Positions 53,240 to 63,543 of a stretch of 64,000 nt of DNA are shown one piece after another. The position numbers were made by a program, and so were the translations under genes. Under the pieces are notes generated by a model, which saw only the letters and a list, made by a program, of their open reading frames with translations, was not told where the DNA came from and searched no databases. Each line of letters begins with the position of its first letter. Within the stretch, counting starts at the first letter, position 1. Source of the stretch: Amphiscolops sp. MND2022 (taxonomy: Eukaryota); assembly GCA_964187785.1 (NCBI GenBank), contig OZ076409.1, forward strand, positions 39,558,001 to 39,622,000, in the 5' to 3' direction.

Positions 53240-53720
53240 TGCAGTTTAAAAAAATTTGCCAGATTTTGCTGGCAAGCCAGATTTTTTTAAATGCCAGATT
53301 TTTCTAAAACGTCATTCAAAATTGAGCAATATTTCCATGACAATAATAGGGTATATTAGATTTTAAATATTGACGTACTACCCCCTTTGGTAGTTGTTTT
53401 CTCACAGTTTAAGATATGTATATGGTTTCCACGACACATTTATAAAGATATGGTCCTACTTTCCACAGTCGCTTTCGTGGCCATCGAACAGTGAATGCTA
53501 TTTTGGTGGAATCCAGGACAATATGCTCAAATTGGTGGAAACCAGGACAATACAGTCAGATTTAAATATTGACGTACTACCCCCTTTGGTAGTTGTTTTC
53601 TTACAGTTTAAGATATGTAAGCGGTTTCCACGACACATTTATAAAGATATGGTCCTACTTTCCACAGTCGCTTTCGTGGCCATCGAACAGTGAATGCTAT
53701 TTTGGTGGAATCCAGGACAA
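53240..53720 (-). repeat. 199-bp-family repeat block (orientation of right arm)
   Basis: tttaaatattgacgtactaccccctttggtagttgtttt at ~53362 and ~53561. Confidence 0.9.
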
Positions 53721-53901
53721 AGGTGGTATGGATAATTGACTGAACTTAATCTGACCATCTGGTTGAAAATCTGGTTCATATATATCGGATAATTATTCGA
53801 AAAGTGAACAAAACGAGTATTTTTAAAAAACCAAAAAAAAGTGTTCAGAATAAACAGACTCTTGAAAAAGCACATGAAGATATTTGTCAGCAAGTCGCTT
53901 T

Positions 53902-56900
53902 TCACGAAAAAAGGGACCGCGCTGTTGGGTCCTCGTAATCGAATTTCAATTCTTCGAAAGGGCTTATATCTCTGATAGCCCTGAAGCAGCAAACTCGGGA
54001 CTGGTCATAAAGCAAAATGTCAGTTTGCTTTATGTTTGCATCTTTGGAACAGTGGTTAATGAGGCGTCCCAAACATAGAATATTTGGGTGACTTTCACAT
54101 ATCTCGGAGGAAGCGTTGATCAGTCTCCGTCCGGGACCTTTCACCTGGAACAAAGAAGTTTCAAGAATACCTTACAAAAGCCCACAATTTTCAACAGATT
54201 TTGGAATGAAATGATCCAAAAATGAATTAGTTACTAGCTGTCGTGTGAGCATATTGAAAATTATGTATGTGGTACACAATTTGGAGTCGTATCTGATCAC
54301 AAGGCTTTACAAGTTCCAGATGTTCTTGATGGTGTGCTAGATGATCTAGATAGATCTTGTTGCAACGATGACTTTTGTGTTGTAGGTCTTACTGCGATGA
54401 AAGGAAGCGAAGTTGAGTAATTGTAAATTCAGGCAATGTTTGTGTAAAAGTCACTATTCACTAAAATAGCAAATCAGATAAAAATGGCAGTACTTTTGGT
54501 TAGTCCCTAACCAATAGTAATGCCATTTTTAACTGATTTGCCATTCTACTGAATAGTGACATTCGCACGTACATTGCCTGAATTTACAATTACTCAACTT
54601 CGCTTCCTTTCATCGCAGTAAGACCTACAACACAACAGCATACTAAAAAATCCTGTTTTGAAAAGCAAAAAAGTTTCGTGTACTTTCATTTAGCTAGGTC
54701 CTAGTGAACTAATAATTTTTTTCTTCTTCACTTTTAGCTCTCTAGGTCCAAAATTGATAAAAGAACAAATACTCATACTTTTTAGACTTTTTAGATTTTT
54801 TATGTGTCTTCACTCACTTGGTATGTATCTAACAAATAAACTTTAGATTACGTACCTCCATCAGATATTCAGACTGTACGCCTTCCATCGCCAGGGCTTG
54901 TGTCAATGTCATTTTCTCAAGTATTTGACCGTGGTAGTCAAGCACAATCTCGTTTTTAAAAAACTTCTGTGTGCTGACCACTCCGCGTCCATAAGATTTG
55001 AAATTGGCTGGACAAACGCCTGGCCAGCTCTGCGTGTCACATCGTTCGAATAGTAAGGTCTGACACTCGAAATCCATGTTATGTGCCATCCCTTTATACA
55101 TTATTTTGACAGAACCATCACTGCCCATTCGTCTCGAATCTGGATTTTGTAGCATAGGTAAAACCAACAGAAACACTTTTCTAATATCCTGTTTGACGTC
55201 TTCTGGGGTTGTCCATTTCTGCCTCTGGAAAAATCCTTCGATTCTTTTCTCCAAGATGTTCAAGTCACATTTCCCGTTCATGTATTTGAAGAACGTTGTG
55301 GCTCGAGCTGACTGTCGTGCGTATCGTTGAGCATCTTGATGTTTTCTCACGCATGTTTTGATGGTATCCTGGTCAAATTCATTGCCAAATTTTCCTTGCA
55401 CTTCCCTGATTTGATTTTTCAATTTTGGCAATCGTGCTTCAGGGTCGTCAACAATTGGATAGATGAGTTCCAATTTGAACTTCAGCTGATTGGCTGGTTT
55501 TTCACATTGTTGAAGTATCTGAAATACATGCTTTCGATTAAATATATGATCTGTTACACTAGAACTACAATGGTTTAGTAGATGTAGGTTTTTCAATCGA
55601 AGTTGTTTTGAAAACTCCGAAATATATAAAAATTTAAATGTCAAAAAAAAACAAACGTACAGGAATCAAATACTGGTCGACAACATGGCTTGGTCTAAAA
55701 CAAGACTTCCCAACAGAATTGACGAACAGGAGCTCTGTCACGACTGGTCGGTCATCACTTTTGGAGACACATCGTTGGAATTTCACACCTTGGGTTTTGT
55801 TGAGAAAATCAGGTCTCGTGTGGCTGGCATACTCAACCAAACCTTCGATTAACCAGCGTGGTGTCTTGTAATGTATTCGAGAAACAGAATCTGCAAAAAA
55901 GACATTTATTGAACATGTAAATTAGTTTCGAGTTTTCAGTTTTTTTTAAAATTTCATTTGTCAGAAAGACAAAATAGGCCCAAAATATTTTCGCCTTTAA
56001 GAACTCTAATCAATCGGAAATCTGACACCAAAACAAAATTTATTGAAAAAACAAACAAAGTTATTTCACAACGCCATTCAACACTGAACAATATTTCCAT
56101 GACAATAGGACGGTTTATAAGGTTTTAAATTTTGACGTACTACCCCCTTTGGTAGTTGTTTTCTTACAGTTTAAGATATGTATATGGTTTCCACGACACA
56201 TGTATAATGATATGGTCTTACTTTCCACAGTCGCTTTCGTGGCCATCGAACAGTGAATGCTATTTTGGTGGAATCCAAGACAATATGCTCAAAATTGTTG
56301 TTTTCTTACAGTTTAAGATATTTTAAAACGCAATTCGAACATTGAGCAATGTTTCTAATATTTCTGTTGTAGAGAAAAGAATAGTGCGAACTGTGTATTA
56401 TGGCAAAGTAAGGTCAACTGACCCTTTCATCTATTTTGCCATTTTCCTTCAGAATGGCAATTATTGGTTGTTTACCAACAATCTAGATATCGCCACTTAC
56501 AACTTTCTCACGCTCTGCCATATTCCCTTCTTTGTAAATGAAAGGGCAAAGTAATTATTATCAACTAGGAATGTTAATTTTCGGCACAGCCGAGAATTGC
56601 CAAAAACGCCGAAACCCAATAAATTTAGAGTGAAGGTGCCGAAATCCAACTTGGAAAAACATTCGGAGCAGGCTATTTTTTTACCAATGCGCCATCGAAC
56701 AGTGAATGCTATTTTGGTGGAATCCAGGACATTATGCTCAAAACGGTGGTGGAAACCAGGACAATATATCCAATTGTTGTTTGGATCATTCAAAATTGAT
56801 AGCTACTTTGATTTTCATCATATGTTTGAAAAAGTCAATAAAAGTTTAAGAGGTTAAGGGTTTAGGTTATGCATAAATACTTACTTTCATTTGGCTCGAT

Positions 56901-57629
56901 GGAAAGTGGTATGTCTTCATCATCCGGGTAGTCTCTCATATGCACCACGGCTTGAGCCAACTCGTGGACAGTGATATTGCTGATTTCTTTGTCCAACAGG
57001 CCAGCAACGCCAACAAACAAAAACAGGTATGCCACCAGACTTCTGAAAAAGTTTATCTGGGTCTTCTTCGGGGCGCTAACATTCTTTTTGTAACGGCTCG
57101 TTGTGGCAACTATAAAGGATTTCAGCCATTCTTTGGCTTCATCCGTCTTCAAGTCGGGTTTGCTTTTTTTTGCAGGGGGAGTTGTTTTGACTACATTGTA
57201 GACTCTTTCTTCAAACGAGTCAACAGGTTGTTTCTGACTCGAGGTCGGAACTGTGGCGCTGGTTAAACCCACGGCATTGGAAATGTCAAGATTAGGAGAA
57301 GGAGTTACCGCGTGATCTTCGACCGGCTGATTTGGCTCGTGATGCTCTTCTTGCATAATCCCATCTGCATTGTAAGCAATCGAGCTCTGCGAGCTCTGCG
57401 AGATCTGCGTGAAAAATGTCTGCGAGCTCTGCGGGTAGACTGTTGCATCGAATGAGGGTGTCGAATTTGTCAAAGAAGCTTCAGAACTTCCGCTGAGCAA
57501 AGGAGTTGAGGATTCGAGCAACCATGGGGTCAAGTTTGTCAATGGAGTCGAGAACTGGCTTAAAACAGATGAGTAGGACAATGGTAGATCTTGAGCAGGA
57601 GTTTGATTTTGGGGATTTGAATTATCCAT
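53902..57629 (-). CDS. Four-exon gene (57629-56885, 55890-55661, 55518-54856, 54144-53902; 626 aa): Ser/Thr-rich N-terminus, degenerate tyrosine-recombinase-like region, C-terminal SETD8-type SET lysine methyltransferase
   Basis: All three introns are GT-AG with matching phases (1,0,0); total 1881 nt with no internal stop. SET motifs YGRGVVSTQKF...VLDYHG, GRLINHCSKDAN and FRAIRDISPFEELKFDY. Confidence 0.85.
54222..54312 (+). mobile_element. Tiny degenerate Gypsy RNase H fragment in intron 3 of the SET gene
   Basis: Reads LLAVV...ENYVCGTQFGVVSDHKALQ (with disruptions). Confidence 0.6.
54375..54635. repeat. 261-bp foldback palindrome (MITE-like) in intron 3 of the SET gene
   Basis: ttgtgttgtaggtcttactgcgatgaaaggaagcgaagttgagtaattgtaaattcaggcaatgt is perfectly inverted at the right end. 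Inner arms are imperfect; centre ggttagtccctaacc. Confidence 0.92.
56090..56770 (-). repeat. 199-bp-family repeat pieces in intron 1 of the SET gene (~56090-56330 and ~56690-56765)
   Basis: gccatcgaacagtgaatgctattttggtggaatcca.gaca.tatgctcaaaa is present at both sites. Confidence 0.88.
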
Positions 57630-58189
57630 TAGTTATTCAGTTGCAACCAAGCGATTCAAAAACTTGGAAGGAACTGTGATGTATATTCGAGAAGACTGGA
57701 AGCTACTGATTGTGAAAATGGTTTGAAAGAAACAGCAAATCTTTATCAAACAATCGCTATCAACCAAAATCGAGCGTCATCTTTTTTAATTATAGGCGGC
57801 GTTGAAATGCCCCAAAGATCTCCTAATTAATTTCAAAGGTGAGTATTAATTGAACCTTAGGATAAACAGTAAGCATCGTCCCTACTTCAATCCTAAGCGG
57901 TTTCAACTTGCCGCCTCATCATAAGCGGTGTCGACTTGACGCCCCAATTGAATATGCCATCAATTGCCAGGCACTACTTTACTTTGCCAGTGGGTGTTCA
58001 TTGGATCTGAGCAGCAACAGTAATTAAGCATCACCTCTGCTTCAATTATAAGCGGCGTCATTTTGCCCCAGCTTTGAAATTGACGCAGGAAATGGAATTT
58101 CTCTTTATTTCCCCAGTGGACGTTAATTGAACTATTGATAAGGTGACTATTCCAGTCAGTCTCAAACTATTCAACCTTTAAACGCAGTA

Positions 58190-60923
58190 ATGCTTCTTCA
58201 AAAGTTCGAAACGAACGAAGTTGTCCATATCCTGGACCCTCTAACATTTATTTGGGAGCTTGCAAAAATCACTGCAATCATGAGTGACTGGAGTGTCAGA
58301 ATCAAATGGATGGAGTGGTCTACGAGAAAAGCAGTTGACATAACAGTGCCAGAAGTCGACAGGGAAGATGAGGTTGCTATAACATTTCAATACTTTTTTT
58401 CGAAATATTTTCCACAATTCTCTCATTTCTTAGGCCATAGTTCCGATGAAACACTAAACAGGTTTTGAGGACAAAAAATACACAAATCGAACTTTAAAAT
58501 TGAATACCTTGCTAAGCTCATACGTCGGAGTGAACAAACTAGAACCGGAAGTTTAACAAAGTTTGCCAAACTTGGACGACAAGCCAGATATTCGAAAATG
58601 CCAAATCAGTAGAAAATGCCAAACAAGAAAATCATAAATTTCCCGAGGGCAAAACCGAAAATTGAGATTTAAACCTTGACATACTACTTATAAATAGGGC
58701 TAGCATTTAAAATCAAAAATTGAGAAGTCCTACTTCCAGCATGGAAATTCAAAAAATGAAAGTTAAATCATGGTTCCAATTTAAAAGATTTCGTGATATT
58801 TGTGTCCCAATCGTGAGTAAGAAACTTACTCACGATTGGGACCAAAATTAATCATGACTAATTTCCCCTTTGAACTACTTTTTTAGCCGAAATTCGTTGC
58901 TATTAGAAGTTAGAGAGACAAAACATGTCCTCAATATCTTTCGTGAGGACAAAAAGGAGGCCTTTTAGTATACTAAATTGAAAAAAGATTTTGTGATATT
59001 TTGGTCCCAATCGTGAGTAAAAAAATTACTCACGATTGGGACCAAAATTATTCGTGATTAGTTTCACCTTTGAATTGCTTTTTCAGGCAAAATTGGTTGC
59101 TACTAGAAGTCAGAGAGACAAATCATGTCCATAATATCTTTCGAGCGATTAAAAGCCGGCCTCTAAAAATGCTAACCAATCAAAAATGTACCACTTCATC
59201 AAAATCTGCCAGTTTTCAATTTTTAGCCAGAGATAAACAAACGTCAGAATATTCTAAAACGTCATTGAATTTTGAGCAAATTTTCCATGACACTAATACG
59301 GTATATCAAAATTTCATTATTGACGTACAATAATACAGTCAGAATTATATATTGACGTACTACCCCCTTTGGTAGTTGTTTTCGTACAGTTTAAGATATG
59401 TATATGGTTTCCACGACACATGTATAATGATATGGTCCTACTTTCCACAGTCGCTTTCGTGGCCATCGAACAGTGAATGCTATTTTGGTGGAATCCAAGA
59501 CAATATGCTCAAAATGGTGGAAACCAGGACATTACAGTCAGATTTAAATATTGACGTACTACCCCCTTTGGTAGTTGTTTTCTTACAGTTTAAGATTAGT
59601 ATGCGGTTTCCACGACACATGTATAACGATATGGTCTTACTTTCCACAATCGTTTTAGGACCATTCAAGAACGAACTCATTCGTTGAATGTTTATGGAAA
59701 AATGGCAGTTTAGCAAAATCTGCCAGATTTCAATGACAATCCACGTGTTGATATCCTCCACATAATTTTTTTTCAAAGAAACCCATGATTGAAGTTGATA
59801 GAAATTTGAAAATCGAGAAGTAATTTTCAAATTTTTTCAGCGACGTTGGAATATTAGAAAAGCCCAAAAACTGGATGAATCTCTGAGAAAGAAACGGGGT
59901 AGAAGCTTGCCTTTCAATCCAAGGAAGTTAATGCGCAATGACGAAGTTTTCTTTTGGCAATCAAATGACGAAGATTGTGACTGTATCGGCGACTTCGAAA
60001 ATTGCGAGGTTACTTGCTGCGGGTCAGTTGTTACTGCGACAGTGATGATCAACGATCCGTTCCTGCGACAGTGCTTGGTCGTTGATGACGAAGGAAAACA
60101 ATTTTTTGTCTCTTATCGACAATTACGGGCAAGCTTGCCTGATGAGACTGCTCCAGATGACACCAACGAAGAACCTGAATCACCTCCGACCATAATCGAT
60201 TCCAGGCCTCCCGTACCAAAAAAGCGATGCCCCCCAAAAACAATACCTTTTGTGGATGCAGTATCTTTGATACCACACAGTGACGAGAATGTTGAGTTGA
60301 AGTATGCGCCATGCTATAACAACATCCTGAAAGTTGGTTCTCTCACCAACTATGCAAACGCGGCGTTTGAAGTAAAAGAACTGTTCTTTGATTGCAGCAA
60401 ACGAAAAGCGTTTGTTAAAATGATAGGAAAAACAAACCCCGATATTGAAGTACGCATGCCCGCACTAGAAGTTCAAGTTATCGAAGACGAAATAGAAGAA
60501 TTCAATATCCACATGCTAGTTCATCCTATTAACCAAGCATTCGCGGTGTTTTCAGCAGTCAAAAAGATGGTTGGATTCGCCCAGAAAAAACATTCAATGA
60601 CAAAATCATTGATTCCAGCGACGCCATTGACCCGTAAAATGTGTGGTTTTGAAACGACGTCCTCGAAAGAAACAGTGAAATTTTCTGGGGATATCAGCAG
60701 TGACTTCAAAGGGTCTAATCAGTCATGGGACAGTGTGCTTGGGAAACGATGGGACGTGATCGCAAGTAACAAAGAAGGTGAAGATGCTTTCATCAAAATA
60801 TTGAGGTTCACTGAACATCGTGAATTCGGATTTTTCATGATTCGATGTAGCTTCGTAGCATGTCGTGGTCACTTCAAGTGTTCAGATAGTTATCGATCCT
60901 TATATCAAACCAGTTTACAATGA
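58190..60923 (+). CDS. Two-exon gene (58190-58372, 59841-60923; ~421 aa) with Tudor/Agenet-like beta-barrel domain(s) and an unassigned C-terminal domain
   Basis: Exon 1 KFETNEVVHILDPLTFIWELAKITAIMSDWSVRIKWMEW fits F-x3-E-x-V...D...W-x2-A-K-I...V-x-I-x-W-x2-W. Phase-0 donor (weak GTtgct) joins strong acceptor ttttttcAG, giving ...EDE/RRWNIRK. Exon 2 is open for 360 codons. Confidence 0.65.
58790..59738 (-). repeat. Right arm of the long inverted repeat, with two palindromes (58804-58842, 58998-59048); lies inside the predicted intron of the Tudor-like gene
   Basis: Reverse complement of 45325-46195. attttggtcccaatcgtgagtaa-aaaaa-ttactcacgattgggaccaaaat. Confidence 0.92.
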
Positions 60924-61701
60924 AGGAGAATCTAATGACAAACCCAACGTCCTGTACCTCTACAAACTCGATTTCATTGTGTGTTATAGAGTAAGGAATA
61001 TGTGACTCAAAGCATGTATTGTTTACTGTACTTAATGCTATCCTCAATTGAAACCTTCTGCTCAACTTCTTTTGAATCTTTAGGCGGGTTGTTTAACATG
61101 TTACTGTTTTTCTCACAGGTTTGTGTTAAAGGTATTTTAGACCCTTCGCAGATAGATATTTACGCCTTTGTGAGTTGCATATCAGTAGGCGTCGAACGTC
61201 TTATTTCTACACTGAACGCATTCGAGGCTGATCTGCCTAACATGACGGAAAACACTCTGAACAAAATTTTTCTATAGTTATCAACGCTATTTTCAAGTCT
61301 GGCAAACCTAAATAATATGGCAAATGAATTGACAGATCATCATGTTATGGCGTGAATGATTATTTTATCTTTTTCTTATTATTATGATCAAAGATCAGGG
61401 GTTACAATCTGTGGGTTTATTCAATGTCAATGTCACTCAATTTACATTACAATTTACGAAAATCGTAACACAAACTAAAATGCTAGTTGGCTTACCAATT
61501 AGCTACATAAATAATGACGTAACAATTGTTTAGGTTTTTACAGGGTACTCAGTTTTTAATTTCGGCTTCTTCTGTTTATTCAATTCGATTCAATCCACGC
61601 TGTCTGCGTTTTCGTCAAACTTGAAGCTTTTGTCTGTTTTGGCATTTTGAAGCGAACTGCCGTTTTGCTCTGATACGGTAAATACTCGTTCTCGCTTCTG
61701 A

Positions 61702-63543
61702 TTGGCTAATCGGTCAGTAATTAAAACGCAGTCTTCCACAAGCAAAAGCGAGCGACAAGTCGAATCTGATAATCACGCAGAAATGAACGATGATATAATT
61801 CAAGCGGCAATTATGCCACCAATAAAAAGCCCTATTTGTTACTCCATAAATCAAATTGAAGTACTACAGCAACTGGGAAATCACACGTTTGCAGCACAGT
61901 ATGAATCAGACGAATTCATGCAAAAAATTATCGGATTGCTCAAAAGACCAGACAGCACGAAAATCAACCGCCTCCCCACACCATGGAGAGAGAAGTACAA
62001 GTGCCTCAGCTTAGATGCCAACGACTTCGTCTACATGGACGAAAGATTAGTAATCCCCAAGACGCTAAGACCAATCATCATGAGATCACTGCACTACGGG
62101 CACCCGGGGCGAGATGCCATGTTGGCAACAATTTCTAATGTGTGGTGGCCAAGACTGCATCGAGAGGTAGTCACAATCGCCAGAGAATGCCCCCAATGCA
62201 AAGAATCTGGTTAGAACATAAAAACAATACTTAGCCAAAAACAAATAGGGAAATTGCCTGAAAGTAAAGAATGTAATCAAGAGATAGCAATTGACTTCGC
62301 CGGCCCATTCCAAAACGCCATAAACGCAAAAAAGTACCTTTTAGTATCAGTATATCACTTTTCGGGATTGCCGGAAGCAAAGTTTTTAAGAAAGCCAACC
62401 ACAGAAAAGGTAATAGAAGTTTTAAAGAACTATATTACAAGGCACGGAATTCCACAGACCATAAGAACGGACCCGGCGACAAATTTCCGAAGTAGGCGAT
62501 TTAGGAATTTTGCCAAAAACGACTAATCCGCCACATAGAATGTCCAGAAAGGGACCACCGCGGAAATGGCAAAATAGAGAGACTAAATTCGTTTCGGAAT
62601 ATTTCAGATCAACCACAGCCAGCCATCCAACTCAGCGACACAGACTTCGAGTCGGGACAGGACTCAACTATCATGGTACGCGAGAAGACAAGAGGCACAA
62701 AGCTTGAGAGGGCCTACAAGAAAAAGAAGGGGGTACTGCTCGAGCAATCGAATCATACCATAAACTTCCTGCCAGCAGGCAGAAATCAGCCAACGATCAT
62801 CTCCAAACGCGACGTGGCGAACAACACCAACCAACCATGCTGCTCCCGCGAAGCAACAAAGCAACTAGCGTCACAAAATACAGGCACAGCATTGGCGGGA
62901 AACAAGCCATTCACAAGGGAGGACGACAGCAGCTCAGAAGTGGCAACAAGAGATGACCTGCCAATCACCATGAACTTGCCAGAAACATCACGCCCGCTAA
63001 CTCCAACAACAGAACAGCGACGAAAAAAGAAATCAGCACTAGAACAACTAAAGCAAAAAGTAAAGAAAACAAAGGAGGGGAAGAAGATGAAAAGAGCAAA
63101 ACAAAATCAAAAACCAGAACAAATCACAGAAATCGGAAGCGAATCAGAAGAAGAGATGTGGCCACAACAAGAAGCCGAACCCAATATCAAAGAAAAAAAG
63201 CAAGACAATGAAGAAGAAGACAACAGAAGCGAGCAAAACCCAGCAACCATGATAGACACTACCAATCAAAACGAAGTACAACAACTGCCGAACCCACCAC
63301 GCCGAGGAAACAGAAACCGGCCCAAAACCGACTTCTTTGGCAACAACATAATGGTTTCACAAATAACCAAAAGCCCGAGAAGAGAAGAAGAAAACGATGA
63401 AAACTAAACCTACAAACTACTCTGTAAAATCTACAAACTACTCTTAGGAGAAGAAAAATTTTCAGTTTCGTAAATTGGCAATTGTACAATTTATATTATT
63501 ACACGCCTGTACAATAAATACAAATTTGTGTTAAATCGGGGGA
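61702..63543 (+). mobile_element. Decayed Ty3/Gypsy 3' half: integrase (stop at 62212, frameshift, deletion), charged C-terminal extension, candidate polypurine tract
   Basis: LHYGHPGRDAM...WWPRL...CPQC zinc finger; IAIDFAGP; IRTDPA; GKIERL. ggggga-TGTG at ~63538-63547 could mark the start of the 3' LTR. Confidence 0.88.

Larger units (their letters stand above)
43500..60923. mobile_element. Putative giant multi-gene DNA transposon (RAG1/Transib-like transposase plus SET, Tudor-like and RING cargo); termini not defined
   Basis: Four compact genes share a private ~199-bp repeat and palindromes in their introns and intergenic spaces; one gene has DDE transposase motifs. Boundaries are estimates. 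Confidence 0.65.

Noticed and set aside
45376..59830. Recurrent short ORFs such as METRTIQSDLNIDVLPPLVVVFLQFKI and MSSFLNGPKT
   Set aside because: Translations of the non-coding 199-bp repeat; they lie in introns or intergenic DNA and differ by frame-independent deletions.
43500..60923. Polinton/adintovirus or other endogenous DNA virus
   Set aside because: No recognisable DNA polymerase B, packaging ATPase, capsid or protease motifs in any ORF.
60930..61400. Possible diverged fourth copy of the Gypsy 3'-extension repeat (shares gtgagttgcatatc)
   Set aside because: Only short word matches, not in collinear order; cannot be supported by eye.
46841..62214. Idea that the large element inserted into one Gypsy copy, splitting 46841-47161 from 61702 onward
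   Set aside because: The two pieces appear to overlap around MND(E/D) and differ in sequence there, and element repeats continue to the left of 46350, so they look like different copies.
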